NCBI RefSeq assembly: GCF_000341895.1
Contig: NC_020409.1
Coordinates: forward strand, 1,680,001-1,712,000
Direction: 5' to 3'
Source of the DNA: Pseudodesulfovibrio piezophilus C1TLV30
GTDB taxonomy: Bacteria; Desulfobacterota; Desulfovibrionia; Desulfovibrionales; Desulfovibrionaceae
DNA: 32,000 nt
In this document: one piece after another, positions 1 to 7,895 of the stretch
How the letters are laid out: every line of letters starts with the position of its first letter
How positions within the stretch are numbered: position 1 is the stretch's first letter
Translations under genes and position numbers: made by a program
The notes under the pieces: generated by a model
Seen by the model: only the letters and a program-made list of their open reading frames with translations
The model's database searches: none
What the model was told of the DNA's origin: nothing

Positions 1-750
1 TTCGCGCTTCAGGATACGTCCCATGGATTTGGCAAGTCCTTCGGACAGCTTGAGCGCAACATTACCCACAAAACCATCACAGACCACCACGTCCACGTCA
101 CCGGTAAATATATCGCGCCCTTCAACATTGCCGATAAAGCGCAGCTTGGAAGATCGCAAGAGATCAAATGCCTCACGAACAGCGGCATTGCCCTTGCCCT
201 CTTCCTCTCCGATGGACAGAATCCCCACAGACGGGTTGTCCATCTCAAGCACATGCCGCGCCAGGACGTCAGCCATAAGGCCGAACTGAAGCAAATGTTG
301 CGGTTTGGAATCGACATTGGCCCCGACATCCAGAAGGACGACAGGTTTTTTCTCCGTCGGCATGATTCCGGCCAGGGCAGGACGTAAGACGCCTTTGATT
401 CGCCCGAGCACAAACATGCCGCAGGCAACCGTGGCACCGGAATTCCCAGCAGAGACCACGCCGTCAGCATCTCCGGATTTGACAAGTCGACAAGCAACTT
501 GGATGGAGGAATCCCGTTTTCGGCGCAAAGCGTCTGCGGGCTTATCATCCATCTCGACAACCTGGGTTGCCGAAACCACAGAGACATCCAACCCGTCGAT
601 AGAGAGATCGGCAAGCTCGGCGTTGATACGGTCCTCATCTCCGACGAGGATTATGGCTATGCCCTCGCGCGCGGCCTCGACCGCAGCGGGAACGACGATA
701 TGAGGGCCAAAGTCGCCCCCCATGGCATCCACGGCAATGCGTGGAGCCAT
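1..750 (-). CDS. plsX: Phosphate acyltransferase PlsX (N-terminal 250 codons; 3' end runs off the window)
   Basis: The minus-strand frame is open from the ATG at 750-748 to position 1. Translation MAPRIAVDAMGGDFGPHIVVPAAVEAAREG...VKSGDADGVVSAGNSGATVACGMF...VCDGFVGNVALK is typical PlsX. It follows the conserved yceD-rpmF-plsX order. It is absent from the ORF track because there is no stop codon inside the window. Confidence 0.9.
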   Translation of the reverse strand, partial: MAPRIAVDAMGGDFGPHIVVPAAVEAAREGIAIILVGDEDRINAELADLSIDGLDVSVVSATQVVEMDDKPADALRRKRDSSIQVACRLVKSGDADGVVSAGNSGATVACGMFVLGRIKGVLRPALAGIMPTEKKPVVLLDVGANVDSKPQHLLQFGLMADVLARHVLEMDNPSVGILSIGEEEGKGNAAVREAFDLLRSSKLRFIGNVEGRDIFTGDVDVVVCDGFVGNVALKLSEGLAKSMGRILKRE

Positions 751-763
751 CTGCGCGTCGTTG

Positions 764-943
764 CTAGGCATCTTCGCTGCTGACTACCTGACGACCCTTG
801 TAGGTGCCGCACACGGCGCAAGCGCGATGGGGAAGATTCGGCTCACCGCACTCGCAGTAAACAACGTTTGGAACTGCCACGTTATCGTGAGAACGGCGCA
901 TGCCTTTGCGGGACCGGGAAGTCTTTTTCTTGGGGACTGCCAT
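764..943 (-). CDS. rpmF: 50S ribosomal protein L32
   Basis: Hand translation of the minus strand gives MAVPKKKTSRSRKGMRRSHDNVAVPNVVYCECGEPNLPHRACAVCGTYKGRQVVSSEDA (59 aa). This is just below the ORF-track size cutoff. It has the L32 N-terminal motif and CxxC zinc ribbon, and sits between yceD and plsX. Confidence 0.9.
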   Translation of the reverse strand: MAVPKKKTSRSRKGMRRSHDNVAVPNVVYCECGEPNLPHRACAVCGTYKGRQVVSSEDA

Positions 944-1022
944 GATGTATACCTCGTTTTATGATGTCTTCTGTTATTTCATCACACGCACAAACGGAGA
1001 ACCGATGTCCGTGCAAGGGGCG

Positions 1023-1541
1023 TTACTTTATCTTCAAGTTGCGGAAAACCGCAAGCCTTTCGTCGCCCTCATCCTGCTCACACGCACACGCTTCCTTGTT
1101 CAGGTCCTTGCCGCACTTGGGGCACATCCCCTTGCAGCCGTCGGAACACAGCGGTTTGACAGGCAAAATGATCGCGAATTCTTCCCAAAGGATGGCACCG
1201 ATGTTGAGTTGCAGCTGCCCGCTTTCCGTACGAACCCTCGGCTCCTCGTCATCCTCTTCCTCCGGAAGAGCTTCGTAGGAATCAAAGGTTGTCTCAATAG
1301 GCAGAGTAAAGGACTCGATGCATCGATCGCATGCCATCCGTACACTTCCCTTGAGAGTACCCCGTACCAAAGCGGCATTTTCTCCTTGAGGCAGAATAAA
1401 GACCTGTGCGACCAGATCTTCGCAGGGCTGAACGTCAATGGAAAATTCTTTCCATCCCTCGTGCCACAGCGACTGGTCATCGAAAGTCATCTCTCGACCC
1501 TCAGCGGAGATATCACTCATTGCTATCCATTGATCAGGCAT
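1023..1541 (-). CDS. yceD: DUF177 / YceD-family protein (large-subunit ribosome-associated accessory protein)
   Basis: The ORF spans 1023..1571. It has the acidic centre and C-terminal CxxxCxxxCxxCG cysteine cluster typical of DUF177, and lies upstream of rpmF-plsX. I prefer the internal ATG at 1541 because GGAGG sits 5 nt upstream; the ATG at 1571 has no SD. Confidence 0.8.
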   Translation of the reverse strand: MPDQWIAMSDISAEGREMTFDDQSLWHEGWKEFSIDVQPCEDLVAQVFILPQGENAALVRGTLKGSVRMACDRCIESFTLPIETTFDSYEALPEEEDDEEPRVRTESGQLQLNIGAILWEEFAIILPVKPLCSDGCKGMCPKCGKDLNKEACACEQDEGDERLAVFRNLKIK

Positions 1542-1729
1542 AATTTCCTCCGTTGCCCTTGTACCCGACATACAAAAACGTTACACTAAAAAGCCTCTGC
1601 AAGAGCCATTTTGACCAGGCAGCGATCTTTTCCAGACAAGCGGTTTTTTGGCCACAAAGGGCACCGCGAGTGTTCGGGCAACCGCTGCTTCCTATATGGG
1701 AAGTTTTTCCGTTGTCAAGAAAAAAACCC

Positions 1730-1758
1730 TTGCCATTTGTGAAAAGGCTCGGTAATGA
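1730..1758 (+). promoter_or_regulatory. Candidate sigma-70 promoter for rpmB (TTGCCA-N17-TAATGA)
   Basis: The hexamers lie at 1730-1735 and 1753-1758 with a 17-nt spacer, about 90 nt upstream of the rpmB ATG. This is a sequence match only. Confidence 0.3.
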
Positions 1759-1850
1759 ATCACTCCCGCTGACGGAGGAAGCTACCAACCTCATGCAGCG
1801 ACTCAACACGAAAAACAAACGATTCTATAAGAATACGCGAGGAGGTCGCA

Positions 1851-2066
1851 ATGTCCCAGGTTTGCGATATATGTGGTAAAGGTCCCCAGAGCGGCAACAA
1901 TGTCAGCCACTCCCACATCAAGACCAAACGCCGTTTCATGCCTAACCTGCAAAAGGTCCGCCACCAGTTGGAGTCCGGGCAGGTTGTGAGCATTAAGGCT
2001 TGCACGCGCTGCATTCGTAACGGAGCTATCACCAAGCCCGTCGCCGCCCCAAAGACCGGCGCCTAA
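1851..2066 (+). CDS. rpmB: 50S ribosomal protein L28
   Basis: [36 protein letters not shown]... is the canonical L28 N-terminus. A strong RBS (GAGGAGG) lies upstream. Confidence 0.95.
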   Translation: MSQVCDICGKGPQSGNNVSHSHIKTKRRFMPNLQKVRHQLESGQVVSIKACTRCIRNGAITKPVAAPKTGA

Positions 2067-2094
2067 GTCTCCCAGCATTTCGCTCTATGAGCAT

Positions 2095-2129
2095 AGCTGC
2101 TGCCGAATTGACTCGGTAGCAGCTTTTTT
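2095..2129 (+). terminator. Rho-independent terminator after rpmB
   Basis: Stem agctgctgcc (2095-2104) pairs with ggtagcagct (2115-2124) and is followed by TTTTTT. Confidence 0.7.
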
Positions 2130-2257
2130 GCGTTTCTCTTCACAGCCCTCCATGACTATAATACCTTTTATTGCACACTCATTTTATACTATATAAGAAA
2201 TAAGGTACCCGTTCCAACCTGAGCGCCAATCGAATTGCATAAGGGGGGGAGGAAGAG

Positions 2258-3520
2258 ATGCTCACGCTCAGAGGTTTCAGTCTTATATGGCTAGCGACCT
2301 TCCTGCTGACCGGCTTGTGGCCTTCTGCCGTCTTTCCTGCCACGGATTCTCCTCTGGTATTCCTGCACTGTTGGGCTGAGACTTCCGGCCGAAAAACTCC
2401 TGAAGTGCACCAGATCATCAGAACGATTATACCCAACGCCAAAATTCAGACACCGGGCTTGCCTGCGGGAACATGCCTGGAGAGCCTCCTCTCGTCACAC
2501 TCCCCGCCTGATCTGCTCACTTCATGGGCAGGAGCGCGAATCCAATGTCTTGTCAATAAAACGGCCATCACTCCGATTGACACACTCTGGGCGAAAACCG
2601 ATTTGGATAAGGCCTTTCCGCCATCGATTTCCGAAGCATGCACAGTCAAAGGCCACAAATACGCACTGCCAGTGGCTATGCACCCTGTCGTTTTTTTCTA
2701 TAACAAGCGAATCCTGGCCCAGCATGGCATCATGCCTCCCACGACATGGAAACAATTCATTGCCGCATGCGACCAACTCAAAAGCGCCGGAATACCCCCC
2801 TTTGCCCTTGGTTCAAAGGCAGGATGGCCTGCCCAGTTCTGGTTTGACGCCCTGCTGCTCCGAACAGCAGGCCCGAAATACAGACAAGCCCTAATGGAAA
2901 ATAGAGCTTCCTACCGGGACCCACAGGTAAAAAAAGTCTTCACCATCTGGAAATCACTTCTCGACGCCAAGTATTTCAACACTTCTCCCGATGCTCTCGA
3001 CTGGGAGGAAGCAGCTCGACTGGTCCATGACGGCAAGGCCGCGATGACTCTCTCAGAAAGCCGAATAATAACCATCTTCGAAAAAAAACTTAATTGGCGA
3101 CAGGGGACTGATTTCGATTTTTTCCCATTCCCGATCATGGATGAGTCTATCGCAAGAATTCCCTTCGGTCCTCTTGACGTCATTGCCGTTGCCAGCAAAG
3201 CGAGGCGAGAAAAGGCACTGGAAGCGCTTATACATTTCGCGGCCCCAGGCCCGCAAATGGCGCTCAGTCGATCTGCCGGAGCACTTTCCCCGAGCCGCCT
3301 CATCCCTTTGACTTTTTACTCACCAATGCAAAGGAGACTGCTCCACGCCATTCGGGTTGCTCCCCATTGGGCGTTCAATTACGATCTGGCAACACCACCG
3401 GAAATGGCCAGGCTCGGGCTTGCTGCGTTTGCAGATTTCATTAAGAATCCCATGACCATCAATTCGATTCTCAATGCTCTTGCAGACCGGATTCACGAAC
3501 AGATTCATACGATCAGATAG
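2258..3520 (+). CDS. Periplasmic solute-binding protein, bacterial extracellular SBP family 1 (sugar-type ABC binding-protein fold)
   Basis: 420 aa with an N-terminal signal-like segment (LIWLATFLLTGLWPSAVFP). Family-1 hallmarks include ...KGHKYALPVAMHPVVFFYNKRILAQHGIMPPTTWKQFIAACDQLKSAGIPPFALGSKAGWPAQFWFDALL... A strong RBS (GGGGGGAGGAAGAG) precedes the ATG. No permease or ATPase gene is adjacent. Confidence 0.8.
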   Translation: MLTLRGFSLIWLATFLLTGLWPSAVFPATDSPLVFLHCWAETSGRKTPEVHQIIRTIIPNAKIQTPGLPAGTCLESLLSSHSPPDLLTSWAGARIQCLVNKTAITPIDTLWAKTDLDKAFPPSISEACTVKGHKYALPVAMHPVVFFYNKRILAQHGIMPPTTWKQFIAACDQLKSAGIPPFALGSKAGWPAQFWFDALLLRTAGPKYRQALMENRASYRDPQVKKVFTIWKSLLDAKYFNTSPDALDWEEAARLVHDGKAAMTLSESRIITIFEKKLNWRQGTDFDFFPFPIMDESIARIPFGPLDVIAVASKARREKALEALIHFAAPGPQMALSRSAGALSPSRLIPLTFYSPMQRRLLHAIRVAPHWAFNYDLATPPEMARLGLAAFADFIKNPMTINSILNALADRIHEQIHTIR

Positions 3521-3534
3521 GGACGGAAACGGGT

Positions 3535-5445
3535 ATGCATGTATACAAGAAAAGCCTGATATTCAATATTGGCACAGTTGTTCTCCTGGTAGAATTCCTG
3601 GTGCTGGTATCCCTCGGACTTTTCTACATCGAACGTTTTTCCTGGGAAATAGACAGAAATCTCGAAGCGTCGGTTCGCCTTCCTGGCCAATTGATGAACA
3701 AACAACTTCTCAAATACGAATCCGTCTCGGATATCGGCGTCATGCAAGACCTGGTTGGCAACGAATTTCTCGATGCCATGGTCATCGGATCGGACGGACG
3801 TATTTATTATGCCTTTGACCAATCCATGGTGGGAAACAGCCTGACTGAGTACCCTCAACAAGCCGACAATCTGACCGCTCTGATCCGCACTGATAAGGAA
3901 ATATACAAACCAAACAATGTGAGCGTGATCTCCATAACTCCCCTTGTCGCTTTTCCTGGAGCCAAACCTTTCTTTCATGTTTTCGTTAAAGCAAGCACTC
4001 ATGAAGCCAAAGCCAAAAAATGGCGCATTGCCGCGCTTTTCATCTTCGGTTCCCTTTTCTGCATCTGTCTCACCTCAGCCGTCATTATCGACTATACCCG
4101 TCGCAGGGTGACCCGCCCACTGCGAGAACTCAAACAAGTGGCCGATGCCCTTCGCCTGGACGGACGAGGATTTTCCTTCCCCGTAGATCGGGACGACGAA
4201 ATAGGTGACCTGGCCAAAAGCTTTGACGCCATGCAAACCGCCATCGAACGAACTATCAAGGAACTGAAAGAAGCCAACAAGGTCATCAGTCAACGGGAAC
4301 AGCGACTTGCGGCGTTTATCAAGGCCATGCCCGACATTATGTTCGTTCTCGACATGGATGGCCGCTATGAAGACATCTATACACCGGAGGAAACCCTTCT
4401 TTACAAGGACACTCTCGAACTCAAAGGGCAGTTGATGCATGAGGTTCTCCCCACACCCAGTGCTGATAAATTTCTCGAAATCATCCATGAATGTATTGAG
4501 ACAGGCACGGTACAAACACTGGAATATGAACTGCCGCTTCAGACCGGTAACACGTGGTTTGAAGCGCGCATTTCACGCATTGGTGATAAATCTGAGGTAC
4601 AGGGAACGGTCTGGCTGGTTCGAGATATCACATATCGGAAAGATATGGAGCAGCGACTCACCAAGGCCAAAGACGATGCAGAACAGGTCAGCCAACGGCT
4701 TCGGGAACTGGATGAGACCAAATCCACTCTGGTTTCTTCCGTGTCACATGAACTGCGCACCCCGCTCACATCATTGCTGGGATTCTCCAAATTGATCCTC
4801 AAAAATTTTGCCAATCATTTTTGGCCCCTGGCCAAGGACAACCCCAAACTCCTGACCAAAGGTTCACAAATCGTCGAAAATCTTAATATTCTCATTCACG
4901 AAGGAAATCGATTAACCCGGCTTATCAATGACGTTTTGGACCTGAATAAAATCGAAATGGGCTACACTGAATGGAATGACCAGAAGGTTCACCCTACCGA
5001 ATTGATCCACATGGCTGCACAATCCGCCAGCGGTCAATTCGACAACAACCCTCAACTCGAACTGCTCACACAGACTGACGAGGATTTACCTGATATCACT
5101 GTGGATATTGACCGTCTGCTTCAGGTGTTGCTCAACTTACTGACTAATGCGGCCAAATTCACAGCCAAAGGATCGGTAACCCTCTCTGCCCATCGCCCAC
5201 GCCCAGACACCATTCGATTTGAGGTCAGTGACACCGGACCGGGCATCCCCTTTCATGAACAGGAGCGTATTTTTGAAATATTCCACCAAGCCGGGCATGT
5301 CGGCCCGGCTGACGACAAGCCCAATGGCGCAGGACTGGGTTTGGCCATAAGCAGGGACATCATCAACCATTACCATGGCACCATATGGGTCGAATCAAAA
5401 TCCGGTGAAGGTGCCACTTTTATTATCGAACTGCCCCTCACATAG
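3535..5445 (+). CDS. Membrane sensor histidine kinase (TM, periplasmic loop, TM, HAMP, PAS, HisKA, HATPase); orphan, with no adjacent response regulator
   Basis: Motifs present: H-box SSVSHELRTPLTSLLGF, N-box LLNLLTNAAKFT, G1 DTGPGIP, G2 GAGLGLAIS. There are two hydrophobic segments flanking about 150 aa. The start lies 14 nt after the SBP stop. Confidence 0.9.
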   Translation: MHVYKKSLIFNIGTVVLLVEFLVLVSLGLFYIERFSWEIDRNLEASVRLPGQLMNKQLLKYESVSDIGVMQDLVGNEFLDAMVIGSDGRIYYAFDQSMVGNSLTEYPQQADNLTALIRTDKEIYKPNNVSVISITPLVAFPGAKPFFHVFVKASTHEAKAKKWRIAALFIFGSLFCICLTSAVIIDYTRRRVTRPLRELKQVADALRLDGRGFSFPVDRDDEIGDLAKSFDAMQTAIERTIKELKEANKVISQREQRLAAFIKAMPDIMFVLDMDGRYEDIYTPEETLLYKDTLELKGQLMHEVLPTPSADKFLEIIHECIETGTVQTLEYELPLQTGNTWFEARISRIGDKSEVQGTVWLVRDITYRKDMEQRLTKAKDDAEQVSQRLRELDETKSTLVSSVSHELRTPLTSLLGFSKLILKNFANHFWPLAKDNPKLLTKGSQIVENLNILIHEGNRLTRLINDVLDLNKIEMGYTEWNDQKVHPTELIHMAAQSASGQFDNNPQLELLTQTDEDLPDITVDIDRLLQVLLNLLTNAAKFTAKGSVTLSAHRPRPDTIRFEVSDTGPGIPFHEQERIFEIFHQAGHVGPADDKPNGAGLGLAISRDIINHYHGTIWVESKSGEGATFIIELPLT

Positions 5446-5552
5446 GAACCTGTGCACTTTCTGTCTTCCTGTTGACACTAAAATTGCACAAATGCACAAG
5501 ACAAAACACACCACAGTCACTTTAACATACCGTCATTACTCGATTACTTCCT

Positions 5553-5568
5553 TGGCACGCCACATGCA
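5553..5568 (+). promoter_or_regulatory. Sigma-54 (-24/-12) promoter TGGCACGCCACATGCA
   Basis: GG at 5554-5555 and GC at 5566-5567 give exact GG-N10-GC spacing. The sequence matches consensus TGGCACG-N4-TTGCW except for A at -14. It lies about 30 nt upstream of the SHOCT gene ATG, whose RBS is AAGGAAAG. Confidence 0.6.
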
Positions 5569-5598
5569 AATGTGAAGTAAAAGACAAGGAAAGCAACA

Positions 5599-5874
5599 AT
5601 GACACTCTTCAATACTTTCAGCACATGGTGTACTGGTTCAGGATTCGGGCATGGCTCTGGGTGGGGCATGAGCGGATATTCCCCTTTTCATATGGGTGGT
5701 TTATTTCAAATACTTCTCATCGGTCTGGTTGTTTTTTTGGCAGTCAGGGTACTCCGCAAGCCCCCTGTCGCCACGTCGGGTTCCCTCTCTCCGCTCGACA
5801 CGCTCAAAAGCAGATATGCCGAGGGTAAAATAGACAAGCAGACCTATGATCGCATGAAACACGAACTCCGTTAG
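5599..5874 (+). CDS. Small membrane protein with C-terminal SHOCT domain and Gly/His/Met-rich N-terminus
   Basis: 91 aa. The N-terminus is GSGFGHGSGWGMSGYSPFHMGG. One TM segment follows (LFQILLIGLVVFLAVRVL). The C-terminus LKSRYAEGKIDKQTYDRMKHEL is the SHOCT short C-terminal motif. Confidence 0.75.
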   Translation: MTLFNTFSTWCTGSGFGHGSGWGMSGYSPFHMGGLFQILLIGLVVFLAVRVLRKPPVATSGSLSPLDTLKSRYAEGKIDKQTYDRMKHELR

Positions 5875-5908
5875 CTCAGCGCGATACTCGTGTCCTCTCC
5901 GTAACAGA

Positions 5909-5941
5909 GAAGCCCCTACCGGATGGTCCGGCAGGGGCTTC
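5909..5941. terminator. Bidirectional hairpin terminator between the convergent SHOCT gene and gltX
   Basis: gaagcccctaccgg (5909-5922) pairs with ccggcaggggcttc (5928-5941), a 14-bp stem with one mismatch. Confidence 0.65.
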
Positions 5942-5965
5942 TCGTGTTTATAGCCATGTTGAGAA

Positions 5966-7363
5966 TTACAATGTAATCGCTCTTTTCAACCGAGCCAGAG
6001 TTTGCTCTTTCCCAAGCGCAATCATGGTCTCGAACAAACCAGGAGACTGTGTCTTACCGACGATAGCCACACGAATAGGCTGAGCAATGGCCTTGAACTT
6101 TATGTCTTTATCCTCCAAGAACTGCCGATGCAAATCCTCCAGTGACTTCTCGGAATACTCTTCCAGAGCTTCCATCCGTTCAAGAATTTCCGACAGCAAA
6201 GCTCGGGTCTCCTCGGTCAGGAATTTTTCCACTGCTTTGTCGTCGTATGGCAAAGCCGATGCATCCACGATGAACGGTTGAGCCTGTTCCAGCATATCAA
6301 TCACTGATTTGGCACGAGTCTGCAAGAGAGGAACGATCCGTAAGAAAGTCGCCTTGTCAACAGCTTTCGCTGCTTCTTCTCCCACCTCGCGAATGTGAAA
6401 TTCATGCAGCAGATCGGCGATTCTCTCCGGGGCTGCTTCCTGCATATATTGACCATTCACCCATTCGAACTTGGTCAGATCAAACACCGACGGTGATTTG
6501 CCGAGATTGTCAGTGCTGAATAACCGGACCATCTCATCCATGCTGAACAGTTCCTGATCTCCATGCGACCATCCAAGCCGTGCCAAATAGTTGCACACAG
6601 CCTCAGGCAGATAGCCCATCTTCTCATACTCCATCACCGACAGCGCACCATGACGTTTGGACAGCTTTTTCTTGTCCGGTCCCAAAATCATCGGAACATG
6701 ACCGAATTGCGGCACCTCCCACCCCAGAGCCTTGTAAATCAGAATCTGGCGCGGTGTATTGTTCACATGGTCATCACCACGCATAACCGTGTTCACACCC
6801 ATATCATGGTCGTCAACCACCACGGCCAGGTTATAGGTCGGAGTTCCATCGCTCCGGCGCAAGATCATATCGTCCATCTCCACATTCTCCACGCTGATAT
6901 GCCCCTTGACCATGTCGACATATCCGGTCGCGCCGTCCTGTGGAGTTTTCAGACGAACAACGCCCTCTTTCAGCCCCATGGCCCGACATGTCCCATCATA
7001 CTTGGGTTTCCGACCTTCCTGCATGGCCCTCTCCCGCATGGCATCCACATCTTCCTTGGAACATTGGCAATAATAGGCATGCCCTGCATCCAGGAGCTGA
7101 TCGATAACTTCATTATGCCTTTCCATACGGGAAGACTGAAATACAATCTCGCCATCGTGTTCCAGCCCCAGCCATTTCATGGAATCTATAATCGCATCCG
7201 TTGCCGCCTGAGTGGACCGCTCCCGGTCCGTGTCCTCAATGCGAAGGCGAAATTCTCCACCAGCAGCACGAGCCAGCAACCAGGAAAATAGCGCAGTACG
7301 AGCACCACCAATATGCAAATACCCCGTCGGGCTTGGTGCAAATCGAGAAACAATCTTCGTCAT
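5966..7363 (-). CDS. gltX: Glutamyl-tRNA synthetase
   Basis: HIGH motif PSPTGYLHIGGARTALF and KMSKS variant KKLSKRHG. I chose the ATG at 7363 (MTKIVSRF...) because AAGGAG lies upstream. The 43-codon upstream extension in the ORF track reads through an intergenic repeat and is rejected. Confidence 0.95.
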   Translation of the reverse strand: MTKIVSRFAPSPTGYLHIGGARTALFSWLLARAAGGEFRLRIEDTDRERSTQAATDAIIDSMKWLGLEHDGEIVFQSSRMERHNEVIDQLLDAGHAYYCQCSKEDVDAMRERAMQEGRKPKYDGTCRAMGLKEGVVRLKTPQDGATGYVDMVKGHISVENVEMDDMILRRSDGTPTYNLAVVVDDHDMGVNTVMRGDDHVNNTPRQILIYKALGWEVPQFGHVPMILGPDKKKLSKRHGALSVMEYEKMGYLPEAVCNYLARLGWSHGDQELFSMDEMVRLFSTDNLGKSPSVFDLTKFEWVNGQYMQEAAPERIADLLHEFHIREVGEEAAKAVDKATFLRIVPLLQTRAKSVIDMLEQAQPFIVDASALPYDDKAVEKFLTEETRALLSEILERMEALEEYSEKSLEDLHRQFLEDKDIKFKAIAQPIRVAIVGKTQSPGLFETMIALGKEQTLARLKRAITL

Positions 7364-7392
7364 GACAAATATCTCCTTATATGCCGGTTTTT

Positions 7393-7511
7393 GCCTCCGG
7401 CGGCTCAAGAAACCTTTTGAAAAAGGGTTTCTTGAGAATCTTCCAAAACTTCTTAGTGCGCTTCGCGGGGCGCTCCGGCCACAGCCTGACATTCATTGGA
7501 TCGAAACATCA
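7393..7511. repeat. 119-bp intergenic repeat, copy A
   Basis: gcctccggcggctcaagaaaccttttgaaaaagggtttcttgagaatcttccaaaacttcttagtgcgcttcgcggggcgctccggccacagcctgacattcattggatcgaaacatca. It contains the internal hairpin ctcaagaaacc/ggtttcttgag and a gcgct..(a/g)gcgc hairpin. Confidence 0.9.
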
Positions 7512-7595
7512 GAGTTCATATCTTACCGGTTCGTCAAATATAAATAACATCAGTTTTTTTTGCCTCAATCAATCTTCAAGTGATGTTGAAGAATG

Positions 7596-7714
7596 GCCTC
7601 CGGCGGCTCAAAAAGCCTTTTGAAAAAGGGTTTCTTGAGAATCTTCCAAAACTTCATAGTGCGCTTCGCGGAGCGCTCCGGTCACAGCCTGACATTCATT
7701 GGATCGAAACATCA
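7596..7714. repeat. 119-bp intergenic repeat, copy B (114/119 identical to copy A, same orientation)
   Basis: Direct comparison with 7393-7511 shows 5 substitutions and no indels. The flanking sequences are unrelated, so this is not a simple tandem duplication. Confidence 0.9.
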
Positions 7715-7800
7715 AGGCCAGCTTCCATATTCCCCCAGGACACCGGGACTTCACTTACCCGCACACATGTGCAGAGAAAAAATTTAGGAGAGAGGGGATG

Positions 7801-7859
7801 GGGGGGAAGGGGAGAGAGGGAAGCCCTTTACAAAGGGTTCCCTCTCTCCCCTTCCCCCC
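7801..7859. repeat. 59-bp near-perfect palindrome (REP-like hairpin; probable terminator downstream of nfu)
   Basis: The 22-nt arms ggggggaaggggagagagggaa (7801-7822) and ttccctctctccccttcccccc (7838-7859) are perfectly complementary. The inner ccctttacaaaggg is also palindromic. The element lies 37 nt downstream of the nfu stop on the minus strand. Confidence 0.85.
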
Positions 7860-7895
7860 ATCTGCCGAAAACAGACACAAAAATATCACTGTAAT

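Noticed and set aside
9-703. ORFs at 9-638 (-), 305-703 (+) and 23-289 (+) at the left edge
   Set aside because: The true gene here is plsX, in a third minus-strand frame that has no stop in the window and is therefore missing from the track. These ORFs are out-of-frame shadows with Ser/Pro/Arg-rich products.
6310-6324. TGGCACGAGTCTGCA on the plus strand
   Set aside because: The spacing is GG-N9-GC. It lies inside gltX, antisense to it, with no downstream gene.
6563-7291. A 242-aa plus-strand ORF inside gltX
   Set aside because: It is antisense to gltX, which has HIGH and KMSKS motifs. The product is His/Pro/Leu-rich low-complexity sequence.
7364-7492. An N-terminal 43-codon extension of gltX (MSGCGRSAPRSALRSFGRFSRNPFSKGFLSRRRQKPAYKEIFV)
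   Set aside because: The extension is encoded by intergenic repeat copy A. The internal ATG at 7363 has an AAGGAG RBS and begins the conserved GluRS N-terminus.
7393-7714. A possible CRISPR array, given repeat-spacer-repeat appearance
   Set aside because: There are only two copies. The repeats are 119 bp, far longer than CRISPR repeats. They differ at 5 positions, there is a single 84-bp spacer, and no cas genes are nearby.
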